Shown here: in pieces, positions 20,777 through 30,140 of the stretch | How positions within the stretch are numbered: position 1 is the first letter of the stretch | Layout: the number at the start of each line of letters is the position of its first letter | Source: Octopus bimaculoides | Lineage: Eukaryota | Assembly: GCF_001194135.2 (NCBI RefSeq) | Contig: NC_068984.1 | Coordinates: 97,296,487 to 97,337,649 of the forward strand | DNA length: 41,163 nt | Direction: 5' to 3' | Position numbers and translations under genes: made by a program | The notes under the pieces: generated by a model | Databases searched by the model: none | What the model was told of the DNA's origin: nothing | What the model saw: only the letters and a program-made list of their open reading frames with translations

Positions 20777-22982
20777 CATTATTATCATCATCATTTAGCA
20801 TCTGTTTTCCATCCTGGTATGGGTTGCTTGGTTTGACAGGAGCTGGCCAGCTGAAGGACTGTCTGGGCTCCATTTGTCTGTTTTGGCATGATTTCTTTGG
20901 TTGGATGCCCTTCTTAACACTAACCACTTAACAGAGTATACTGAGTCTTTTTACATTGCAATGCACTCAAATATATCCCTATCCAAACTAACGCCAGCAT
21001 AGGTTTGAATAGGGACATATCAGGTCATCCCATAAGTAATGTCCAATTTCTATATTTTCAATTTGTAAATGCTTTAACAATATTTTAGAATGTCTAATGG
21101 TATCAAATAATATTTATATGTATTTGGACATATTTAAACTAATTAAATTTCATTTTGCAAGATAATCTAATCAAATTTCACTAATAAAGCTCTTTAAACA
21201 TGGAAGTGTCGAAGGAGCATTTAAGGCACATAATACTTTATGAGTTGAAAAAAGGGAACTCTGCAGCAGAAATGACTTGAAATAGTCACTCAGCTTATGG
21301 AGAAGAAGGCCTGAATGAAAGAACTTGCAGAAGATGGTTTGTAAAATTCAGAAGTGGAAATTTCAGCTTTGAAGATGAGACCTGAACAGGACGTCCAATT
21401 GTGTTTGATGACAAGCTCTTCTTGGCAGAACTTGGAAAGGATCATGCAGTTTCAGTTGAAGAATTGGCAGGCAAACTTTGTTCAAGCCATACAACTGTTC
21501 ACTGCCATCGACAGCTTGGAAAGGTCCCAAAATTTAGAAAATGAGTGCTTCATGATTTATCTGAAGCCAACTGCAAATCTCGAGTGGAGATCTGCTCTTC
21601 TCTTCNNNNNNNNNNNNNNNNNNNNNNNNNNNNNNNNNNNNNNNNNNNNNNNNNNNNNNNNNNNNNNNNNNNNNNNNNNNNNNNNNNNNNNNNNNNNNNN
21701 NNNNNNNNNNNNNNNNNNNNNNNNNNNNNNNNNNNNNNNNNNNNNNNNNNNNNNNNNNNNNNNNNNNNNNNNNNNNNNNNNNNNNNNNNNNNNNNNNNNN
21801 NNNNNNNNNNNNNNNNNNNNNNNNNNNNNNNNNNNNNNNNNNNNNNNNNNNNNNNNNNNNNNNNNNNNNNNNNNTCAACAGTCAATGCACAAATCTACTG
21901 TCAATAGTTAGTGTTTGAATGCTGCTTTGAATGGGGAAAAAAGGCCTGCTTTAGTGAATCAAAAGGGAGTGGTGTCTTGTCAGGACAATGCAAGATCACG
22001 TCACAGAAGATTGAGGTACTTGGCTGAGAGAAAATTGCTTATCTGCCTTATTCCCCAGACTTTGCTCCTTCAGATTACCATTTGTTCCCTAGTTTACAGA
22101 ATCATTTGGATGGATTAACTCTCGAAACAACTGAGGAAGTTAAAACTGACCTTTCAGAGTTCTTCTCTTCAAAACTGAAAGAGTTTTTCATTAATGTAAT
22201 TAAAAAGTTTATGAGTAGATGGAAAGATGTCATAGATAATCATGGAAACTATATTGACAATTAAGTTTCATTAAAATGTAAGATTTGATCACTTGTTTCC
22301 CTCACTTAAAATCCAGACATTACTTATGTGATGAGACAAGATTTTACAGCCAGATGCTCTTCCTGTTGCCTATTTTATATAGGGTTTTTTATTCCCTAGT
22401 TCTTTGAATACACAGAACATCTGATCATAATGTCAACAAGGTATGTTAACATTACTCATTGTTTCACTCAAGTGAAGCTGTAAGTTATCAACATTCACAC
22501 AGACATGTATTTGAGGAGTTTCCTACACAAGACAGTGGCCTTCTTTGGTTTGTTGTAGAAGACACTTGCTCAAGGTGCTGTGCTGTGTGACTGAACTTAA
22601 GTGCCACTCTCTGCACACCCACATATACCATTTGCAGGAATAAATTATCAGAAATATGGTTATGAATTAGTTAAATAATTGTTTTTCCATGATTGTCTAC
22701 CATATCACTTGTCAAAGAGCTACAGTACAAATAAAATTACATATTTCTTCTTTAACTGTTGTTCATTTTCTAGAATTTTTTTCTAAGATTCATGGTTATT
22801 TAATATTTTTCAGCTATCTCCATGTAAATGGTGATGTATATGGCCGACCAATCCAAGGTCAGCGTGAGGTCAGCGCTCACGATCATCCTAATGAAAAGAA
22901 TTATTGGCAGGCAGGTGAAGGTATTTTTATCAAACCAGCTCTACCGATTCACTCCCGGTTACGGAATCATGATGAGTTTTAA
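2139..22982 (+). CDS. SDF2: Stromal cell-derived factor 2 family protein (SDF2/SDF2L1-like, ER-luminal MIR-domain protein), 6 coding exons, 218 aa
   Basis: Manually spliced ORF join(2139..2208,5186..5298,14975..15057,17253..17392,18471..18552,22814..22982) = 657 nt; intron phases 1,0,2,1,2 all match; all introns GT-AG. Translation: MAMPSVTSLSLLLFSAFTLTETEQFHYKYVTCGSTLKLLNPYHKVRLHSHDIKYGSGSGQQSVTAVESSDDHNSYWQIQPKPGTSCFRGVPVKCDQTIQLMHVATRRNLHGHHFRSPLSNNLEVSAFGEDGVGDAGDDWTVICKTGNWSREERIRLKNVVTGSYLHVNGDVYGRPIQGQREVSAHDHPNEKNYWQAGEGIFIKPALPIHSRLRNHDEF. Hallmark SDF2 motifs recognised: VTCGS, RLHSHDIKYGSGSGQQSVT, SPLSNNxEVSAFG, EGIFIKP. SDF2 versus SDF2L1 cannot be separated here. Confidence 0.96.
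3537..3701. repeat. Palindromic MITE-like element with TTAGGG/CCCTAA-like units
   Basis: ATTAACACCCGCACGATCTTCACTAGGGTGTTAGGGTTA from 3537 is the exact reverse complement of 3655-3693; the interior is degenerate TTAGGG then CCCTAA units; an extra 11-bp inverted repeat pairs 3598-3608 with 3691-3701. Confidence 0.85.
4690..4835 (+). repeat. Old dispersed repeat family copy (unclassified)
   Basis: Motif ...cctagatatactatgtctgaat...gatggccatggctggaatgct recurs in degraded form near 2600-2830, 12570-12670 (minus), 15075-15260 (minus) and 25250. Confidence 0.45.
5186..5298 (+). CDS. SDF2: SDF2 exon 2
   Basis: Acceptor tattttctctttcag; encodes (Q)FHYKYVTCGSTLKLLNPYHKVRLHSHDIKYGSGSGQQ; donor gtaggt. 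Confidence 0.97.
5920..6200 (+). mobile_element. SINE-like family A copy (starts with (CAT)n; ...ctacagctggatgccctt core)
   Basis: Similar to copies at 18102-18377, 20200-20365, 20780-20950, 26666-26761, 31150-31400 and 32340-32437. Confidence 0.7.
6574..6775 (+). mobile_element. tRNA-derived SINE remnant, Nin-domain-like
   Basis: B-box-like gggttcaaattcc followed by gtcgattttgcctttcatc...gtcaataaaataagtac, resembling the central domain of invertebrate Nin-type SINEs (from memory). Confidence 0.5.
6948..7315 (+). repeat. 98-bp direct repeat pair in the Helitron 5' region
   Basis: taaacttcacatgcac...ggaggaataacatttg at 6948-7045 and 7218-7315, few mismatches, 270-bp period. Confidence 0.9.
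7525..11412 (+). pseudogene. Helitron RepHel (HUH Rep + Pif1-like SF1 helicase), frameshifted with in-frame stops
   Basis: YNCTFQMT; GGPDLFITFTCN; VEWQKRGMPHAHTL (HUH); KYVCKYVNKG; GIAATLLPGGKTAHSTFKLP; LIVWDECTM; GDFRQTLPV; YPTEFLNSL; SINKSQGQSL; FSHGQL; ends VYKEVL-TAG at 11410-11412. Contains an N-gap at 9778-10154; the start is approximate. Confidence 0.95.
9778..10154. other. Assembly gap (other gaps: 7515-7524, 17819-18080, 21606-21874)
   Basis: Runs of N. Confidence 1.
13450..14700 (-). mobile_element. Decayed RTE-clade LINE fragment
   Basis: The minus strand reads VARVRVG*KMFRKMLPLLVTKGF (cf. the RTE post-RT region ARIRIGWRKFRELLPLL); boundaries approximate. Confidence 0.6.
14975..15057 (+). 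CDS. SDF2: SDF2 exon 3
   Basis: Acceptor cttttatcttccag; encodes SVTAVESSDDHNSYWQIQPKPGTSCFR(G); donor gtgagt. Confidence 0.96.
15914..16170 (+). mobile_element. tRNA-derived SINE (family D) remnant
   Basis: A-box-like tagcctagtggtt, B-box-like gggtttgattc, core agcaagacactttattt shared with 24580-24893. Confidence 0.6.
17253..17392 (+). CDS. SDF2: SDF2 exon 4
   Basis: Acceptor tatgttttccag; encodes VPVKCDQTIQLMHVATRRNLHGHHFRSPLSNNLEVSAFGEDGVGDA(G); donor gtgaat. Confidence 0.96.
18102..18377 (-). mobile_element. SINE-like family A, well-preserved copy, in SDF2 intron 4
   Basis: Its reverse complement begins catcatcatttaacgtccgctttccatgctagcatggg, nearly identical to 26666-26761; abuts (TA)n at 18081-18100. 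Confidence 0.8.
18471..18552 (+). CDS. SDF2: SDF2 exon 5
   Basis: Acceptor catactcttctag; encodes DDWTVICKTGNWSREERIRLKNVVTG(S); donor gtaagt. Confidence 0.95.
19440..19565 (+). mobile_element. RTE LINE 3' fragment
   Basis: Translates RPRKTWNEVVRNDLQMLNLTEMT, typical of the RTE ORF C-terminus. Confidence 0.65.
20200..20365 (-). mobile_element. SINE-like family A remnant
   Basis: aagtggttggcattaggaagagcatcc...ggacattaaatgat, the reverse complement of the family A consensus seen elsewhere in the window. Confidence 0.65.
20585..20773. repeat. (TATG)/(TA) and (CA)/(TA) microsatellites
   Basis: Runs at about 20585-20654 and 20726-20773. Confidence 0.9.
20780..20950 (+). mobile_element. SINE-like family A remnant
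   Basis: catcatcatttagcatctgttttccat...ggttggatgcccttcttaacactaaccac. Confidence 0.65.
21020..22334 (+). mobile_element. Mariner (DD34D-type) element, decayed, in SDF2 intron 5
   Basis: TA then left TIR tcaggtcatcccataagtaatgtc; right TIR gacattacttatgtgatga at 22316-22334 is eroded at the tip; transposase remnant inside. Confidence 0.9.
21200..22264 (+). pseudogene. Mariner transposase remnant
   Basis: MEVSKEHLRHIILYELKKGNSAAEMT*...CRRWFVKFRSGNFSFEDET*TGRP (HTH region); LPYSPDFAPSDYHLFPSLQNHL; RWKDVIDNHGNYIDN*. Has stops, frameshifts and an N-gap at 21606-21874. Confidence 0.93.
22814..22982 (+). CDS. SDF2: SDF2 exon 6 (terminal coding exon)
   Basis: Acceptor tatttttcag; encodes YLHVNGDVYGRPIQGQREVSAHDHPNEKNYWQAGEGIFIKPALPIHSRLRNHDEF then TAA. 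Confidence 0.96.
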
Positions 22983-24579
22983 ATGTTATCTTACATTCCA
23001 TCAATTCTCAACATCAACAAAATCTTCATAATGAGGAAGGAGGAAGTTGTGGCATTCATCCTTCTCGACTGAGATTCTTACAGTTCAGTTATTTCTAACA
23101 GGAAGGAGATTTTTTTTTTTTTTTTCCATCCCTCTCATTTGTTAACACGAGAAAAAAAAACCCCAAAACACTTAATTAAATTGATAACATCGAGAAGTAC
23201 TCTCTCCACCATTCTTTTCTATACTTTGGCTACAGTGAAAAATATAAAAGAACATATCTGTAAACTGTATCAAACAGACATAATCAAAACCAGAAAGTCA
23301 TCTTTTTATTTTCCACTTTTGCAGAGATGTGAGGACTTTAAAACTGTAAAGCATTTCATTTTTTTCTACCTCTTCTGATGTACTTTTCTATCTGCAAGAA
23401 GTAGTTTACAGTTTGTTTGATTTTTTATTTTATTTATTTTGTTAACTGACAATATAGTTAAAAAGCCTCACAGTCACGTGGATTACAGAGGAATCCAAGA
23501 TCTCTCATAAAGTTTCTCAGAAAGCGAGAGTTATTAATCCTCCTACTGCTGCACCGTTCTTACATCGACAATAGTTCCAAGGAAACATTCTCCTTTCTCT
23601 AATTGGATTTCTCTAGAATGGACAGCAGACTCTTTCAAAGACTGATGAGGAAAGAAAATCTATTTTATAATGTTACTATTTATACTGCTATTTTATTTAA
23701 AGATCTTTTTTCATTTTTTTTTTTTCTTCAGAATAAAGATTAATTTAAAGAATATATTTTCTTATTTTATTGCTGTCTTAAATTTAAACATTTTATATTG
23801 ATGAACAGTGAACAAGAACAACATATGTAGACATTTATGCTCTGTGGGACCAATGCTTAACAATAGGTTTTATAGCAACAACCAAATGGTTCTTCCTGGA
23901 TATACTGCCTGTCTGTTCCAGGTGACTTTTCCAGATAATCAGGTGTGTTTCTGATATCTAGGCGAACTGGTGATAAAATAACTTTTAATGATGCTTGCCA
24001 AGATTAGTATGGAGTTGTATGCAAAATACATTGTGTTTTACTCCGTCTTGTTAATATTTGAGTTCAAATTTTTTGAAGGTTGATAAAATAAGTAGTGTTG
24101 ATATAATGGGCAATACTCTTAAAAGAGATGTTTTAGCAACGAGTAAAATGAAACTGAATTATGATCTTTGGTTGGTGATTGATTACAGTAGAGTACACAG
24201 TTGTTGACAGGTATCTGATTAGTGTAGTACATTACTGCTTCCTAGCTGTTAGTTGATTATAACATAGCACATACATACCTACTGACTGGTAGTTAAATAC
24301 CATACCCACCTGCTTATTTAAATACAGAATACATTTGGTTATTGGTTGGTAGCTGAAAATAGTACACCTAGTATTTTAAATATAATAAACACTTTGTTAG
24401 CACAATACTCATCTGGTTTATGAATCTCTACTTCAGTGAAGTAATTTAATTTAATTTAGTAAGATGGTAGATTGGCTGGCTCACTGTTAGAATGTTGGAT
24501 ACAATGACTGGCAAGATTTGTTCTAGCTTTCTGTGCCCTGAGGTCAACTTTGCTGTTCATGCATAAATAAAATACCATC

Positions 24580-24893
24580 GCTCAGTGGTTAGAGTGTTGG
24601 GTTCACAATCATGAGGTAATGAGTTTGATTCCCAAACCAGGTTGTGTGTTGTGTTCTTGAGCAAGACACTTTATTTCACATTGCTCCAGTTCACTCAGCT
24701 ATAGAAATAAGTTTCGGCATCTCTGGTGCCAAATTGTATTGGCCTTTGCCTTTCTGTTGGCATGGAGAGAGGAGGCTAGTATGTATGGGCAACTACTGGT
24801 CTTCCATTACAACCTTGCCCAGACTTGTGCTTCGGAGGGGAACTTTCTAGGTGTGTACCATGGTCCTTCATGACTGGATGGGGTTTTTACCTT
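24580..24893 (+). mobile_element. tRNA-derived SINE (family D)
   Basis: gctcagtggttagag A-box, gagtttgattccc B-box, ttcttgagcaagacactttatttcac core. Confidence 0.65.
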
Positions 24894-26144
24894 TTAAAAT
24901 ACCAGTCAAGTACTGCAGTCAATTTCTCTCCCTCATACATTTGATTACAATGTGTGGTGAGAATGGTCAGGAGGTGTGGATAGGGCAACCAATTATGGTA
25001 TCTGCTTACACAGAACTGTAAAAGGTTTGAACAAGGAACTAACAACCTCTTAGTATAGCAAAACTAATAGGAAATTTTGGGGAGACAGATGTGCAGTACT
25101 ACAGAAATGGGAATAAAAAGAATCAAAAGAGGATGATGCCTTCAGTGTGTGAGAGGAATTTGCTAAACACCACACACACACACACAAAACAACAGGAATT
25201 AGATTTACAAAAAGTGCATCACAGTGAAACATGGGATTATGTACATGTTTGATCTGCTAGAAATAGCAGCTTAAATAAAGAAGGATATATTAGCCAATAG
25301 AATCCTTAATATACAAAAGAGGGATACCTCTGATCATATGTTTGATTGAAGATAGATACCAGCAACAGAATAGTATACTGCTGATACAGTAAGGTTGGTG
25401 GGATGGGCAACGAACATGCTAAATGTGAGGCAAGTTCCCTAAGTCAGTTGTAGATATTACTAGCGAGGTTTACACAGATATAGTGTGTAGATTGAGCAGC
25501 AATAATATGCATGACAACCCTTCCCTGCAACAACATACAGTGTGGTTGCTAATATAGTAAAGGTATAACATGGCCATTTACTGGCTCAGTGGACCACATT
25601 CAAAGGTTTGTGCACCATGAGCTGCATAATCATAAATCTAGATAACATGAGATTTTGAAAAGAATGGAATTAAGTTGGTTGGAGTTATTTTAACTGTCTT
25701 TTATTCAGAATTATGTGTAGCTAAGACTATTATCTAATGTCCTTCATAAAGATAGTAGGATATAATTTGAGGAAGATTTGATTGTTATTTCAAGCATGGC
25801 TAGGAACCCTCTAAATGTTTCATGATTTGATTGCAATAAAGTACTTCAGTTTCGATCATCTTTCTATCAGTCATTACAAATATATATTTATTTCTAACAT
25901 AAAAAATATGAAGTATCAGTTGAGCATTGAAGCTGATGTAACTGACAACAACGAACAGACAAAGGAATGAAGATGATGCTATTATATAACTATGAAAGGT
26001 GATAATTGTTTCAAAAACTGATGAAGAGAGAAAATTAATTAATAAGCAACAACTAATAGTAAGAAATTAATTACCATTAGTGATAATGAATGTGCTTTGA
26101 TTATCCAGGCAATAAATACTGATCCAGGTCAGTTACAAATAATA

Positions 26145-26389
26145 CAGGGTGAACCAAAAGTAGCTATACACTTTGAAATTCGTTCATTTTATTACTTTTA
26201 CACTCATTTATTACAATTATATTTAGGAAACACAGTTTAATCTCGTAAATGGTCGAAATGTCCTCCTTCAGCATGGGAACATTTATCAAATGTCCGAGAA
26301 TACTGTAACACACAGCACATTATTCACGGTACCTGTAAAAAACAAATAAGTCAATTTTAAAAGTGTTTACCTACTTTTGGCCCACCCTG
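26145..26389 (-). mobile_element. 245-bp internally deleted Tc1/mariner derivative (MITE)
   Basis: TA|CAGGGTGAACCAAAAGTAG...CTACTTTTGGCCCACCCTG|TA; the minus strand retains a transposase C-terminus, KCSHAEGGHFDHLRD*. Confidence 0.9.
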
Positions 26390-26665
26390 TATATTTCTAT
26401 CCAATACAAATGATGATAACAATTATGCAATTTCTTGTCATGGTAAATAACATTAACAGTAATTTCAACAGGTCTGATGAGATGGTTGGTGATACCTTAA
26501 TTAATTAATTACTGTATGGATTTACATAATATTTTTTATATCCACAAGCCAATGTACAAATTGGTGAAATGGTTCCACTAGCTACTGAAATAGTCATAAC
26601 CTTAAAGGTTATGACCATTATGCAACACCAATATCATTCTTTTGTCTGTTTACTATATATATATA

Positions 26666-26761
26666 TCATCATCATCATCGTTTAACGTCTGCTTTCCATG
26701 CTAGCATGGGTTGGACGATTTGACTGAGGACTGGTGAACCCGATGGCTGCACCAGGCTCCA
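26666..26761 (+). mobile_element. SINE-like family A fragment
   Basis: Near-identical to the reverse complement of 18290-18377, then abruptly truncated. Confidence 0.75.
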
Positions 26762-27403
26762 AAAGAAAAAAGTGATGACAAAGGAAGAAATGATTATTAG
26801 AGGCTTCACTGAAGCTATAAGGTGTTATTCAGGTACTCAACTATATGAGTCCTCTGCATCTCATAACAGAAACAGCTGTAAGCTAATGAAGTTCATAAGA
26901 TAATCATTTATTCTTTTGTCATCTCTTTTTCTTATTACCATTTCTTCATATTAACACTCTATACTTGTCTAACACACATTTTGAAACATACATTTATTGA
27001 GTTTTACACCAGGTTATTAGTCTTGCAATGGCCGAGTAAAATATTAAAATATAAATATATACTGTTTTGTGAAGTAAACAAACATTTCAGTCAGTTCAGA
27101 TATGTTTGAGACATATTTGGCCTGTAAAAGGACAATTTTCACTTTGATTTGCTATGGACAAAATCTCTAATTAAAGGCAAAAGGTGTGAAACACAGCAAC
27201 ACCATTTCATAGCACCCTAGTTGACTAATATATGTATTCTAAGCTACTCATTCTATCATCAAAATTGGATACCAAGGGAAACAACTACGTAATGACTGAA
27301 CACTCACTTCCTAAATAGAATTCAACCACCATACTGAAACAAAATATTTAAAGTGTTAAGTACCTTAATGTATGAACTATTTGTGAAATTTAAGCTTGTC
27401 TGC

Positions 27404-28159
27404 AGATCTAGTTGGTTTGGCTGCCAGCATTTCAAAAAAAGTTAATCGAAAATTTTAAAATTTGACACATTAATATTCTTTTCCAAGCTAAATTGCTGCA
27501 GTTATTTCACTTTTTGCAGAAAAATGTTTTTAAAAAAGTGATAGAGGTTTAAAGTTTGATCATTTTCACCCAGCCAGCAAGTAGGATTTGGAAGCTGTCA
27601 TTTTGTGCAAGACTGCACATATTGTCAACATTCTGAAAATAGCATGTGATTTTATATGAAATGGTAAACAAATCAAATTCTGCTTAACGTACAACACATA
27701 ACCCCTCATAACTTTTTTAAAATTTGGAATTTTCAAAAAATTTTTTTTGAAAATCTGTACTCTACACACAAGAATCCATACGATTATGCAAAAAAATGAT
27801 TTAAGGCCTATTTAGTTGTTATTTTTAGCACATCTCATGACCAGGGTACAAGCAACAGTACACAGCGTCAATGCACGTGACATCGCATAGAATATATTTG
27901 TCAACACGTGCTTTCTCGCTGACAAAACAATTCTCATGTTTGGCTTGCTACTATGGAAACTGGCATGAATGTCTCTGTGGCTTACAATTGGCTAAAATTA
28001 CCCAAAATTTTCAAACTTTAATTGCTAATAGCTCTTTATTTATTGGTTTATAGCAAAAATGATTTTCATGTCATTCATTAGCCTATAAAAGTGTATCATT
28101 ACACTGAATATGAAATCAATTTGAACAGAATTGATGCTGGCAGCCAACCAACTAGATTT
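27404..28159. mobile_element. 756-bp non-autonomous DNA transposon (MITE) with 8-bp TSD
   Basis: TIRs ATCTAGTTGG(T)TTGGCTGCCAGCAT at 27406-27430 and its reverse complement at 28134-28157; flanking direct repeat TTGTCTGC at 27396-27403 and 28160-28167; no ORF. Confidence 0.85.
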
Positions 28160-28283
28160 TTGTCTGCTACTCTTCAAAGGTCATTTTAACTACTTACATA
28201 TATACAGAGTTGGAGTTTAACTATCTGTCACTAATTTATTTCTTATTTACAATAGATTAATTTTATGATGTTTATACACTAAT

Positions 28284-28320
<37 letters not shown>
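28284..28320. repeat. (CT)n(AT)n microsatellite
   Basis: Direct reading. Confidence 0.9.
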
Positions 28321-28322
<2 letters not shown>

Positions 28323-28912
28323 TATTACAAATTTGAGATTTTACCAATAGAACCACAACACCTATTTCAGGATAACCTTATTGTATGGAAGAAAGTTATA
28401 TCCAATAAAATGATATAAGCATTTAAAAAAACCTACTATAAAATACAATAAAATTATTTGAAAAAAATCTATATAACTTACCTGTTATTAGTCTGTGGGG
28501 AAAGAAGATATTTTTAATCAATGCTACACGTGTTTCTGCACAGGTGGTGACTTTATAAAGGCTATACCTAATACATAAATCCACCAGTACGTCCTCAGGC
28601 TATTTATCTTATTGTTATTTATTATTAACGGATCAAAGTTAAAAATACATATTGTAAGTCATATTAAATAGAAAAATAAGAATATGAAAACAAATATAAT
28701 AAAATAAAAAATATAAATTACAAATATATTTTTTTTTGAAATTGAATTAAAAAATTTTTTTAAATTAAACACCTAAAATTACAATACTGATATATATATA
28801 AAATGCTAAACCTTATTTTTTGTTTATGCTATTCCCATAATACTTTGCGCATGACAGGGAGCAGCCATTTACACAGGGACGAGGAGTAAATATGTTGATA
28901 AGTATTCTTCCA

Positions 28913-29324
28913 TTACTCTTTTACTCTTTTACTTGTTTCAGTCTTTTGACTGTGGCCATGCTGGAGCACCACCTTTAGTCGAGCAAATCGACCCCAGGAC
29001 TTATTCTTTGGAAGCCTAGTACTTATTCTTTCGGTCTCTTTTGCCGAACCGCTAAGTTACGGGGACGTAAACACACCAGCATCGGTTGTCAAGCGATGTT
29101 CGGGGGACAAACACAGACATACAAACACATACACACATACATATATATATATACATATATACGACAGGCTTCTTTCAGTTTCCGTCTACCAAATCCACTC
29201 ACAAGGCATTGGTCGGCCCGAGGCTATAGTTGAAGGCACTTGCCCAAGATGCCACGCAGTGGGACTGAACCCGGGACCATGTGGTTTGTAAGCAAGCTAC
29301 TTACCACACAGCCACTCCTACGCC
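28913..29324 (-). mobile_element. tRNA-derived SINE family B, young copy
   Basis: Close reverse complement of 36575-36996; tRNA-like head, internal (TA)/(CA) microsatellite, (AAAAGAGT)n tail. Confidence 0.88.
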
Positions 29325-29894
29325 TAATCCACTCCTATGCCTAATGTTAATTTTTTTTGTTAATTTTTTTACTAGTTTTATTCAATAAATTTATAATGTA
29401 TATAGAGGTTTTTACTAAATAATCTTTTTAAATACTATTAACTTATGTTTGACATAAAAAATGGTAATTTATACTTGTATAGATATGGATAAATCTTACA
29501 CTAAATTATTAATTCCCGTAATGTTTATATAGATAGGTTGTAGGATTTGATGTGTTTATAATACAGTTGTTGAGGGTTTCCTTAGTTTTAGTATTTTCGA
29601 TATATATTGGTATTGTAATTTTAGGTGTTTAATTTTTTTAATTTTTTAAAATTTGTTTAATTTTTAATTTTTCAAAAAATACATTTGTAATTTATATATT
29701 TTTATTTTATTATATTTGTATTCATATTCTTATTTTTCTATTTTATATGACTTATAATATGTATTTTTAACTTTGATCCGTTAATAATAATAACAATAAG
29801 ATAAATAGCCTGAGGATGCACTGGTGAATTTATGTATTTGGTACAGCCTTTATAAACTCCCCACCAGCGCAGAAACATGTGTAGTGTTGATTAA

Positions 29895-30140
29895 CCCATT
29901 ACCTCCCATAAATCTATTAACTGGAATTTTTTTATGAAACTTTGATCATGCTGGAATGATCAAAATAACATTTTAAATAGAAATAAGCGAGATATTGGGT
30001 GAAAAATTAGCAAACCTCATTTGAATATCAGAGAAATATACCTAATAGCAAAAAGGTTAGATATGTGTAAATATTGACAGATAATTACGAAATTTGTAAT
30101 TTTTAAGTGATCTCATATGAGGTCACTTGTAGGTAATGGG
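29895..30140. mobile_element. 246-bp piggyBac-type MITE
   Basis: TTAA|CCCATTACCT...AGGTAATGGG|TTAA; the opposite foldback arm has a single TTAA at the matching site (~28517-28520). Confidence 0.9.

Noticed and set aside
23642-23662. CTGATGAG...GAAA hammerhead-like words (also near 26018 and 33148)
   Set aside because: No stem II or stem I pairing could be drawn.
23732-23737. AATAAA as the SDF2 polyadenylation signal
   Set aside because: Plausible, but hexamers like this are common in AT-rich DNA; 3'-end reads are needed.
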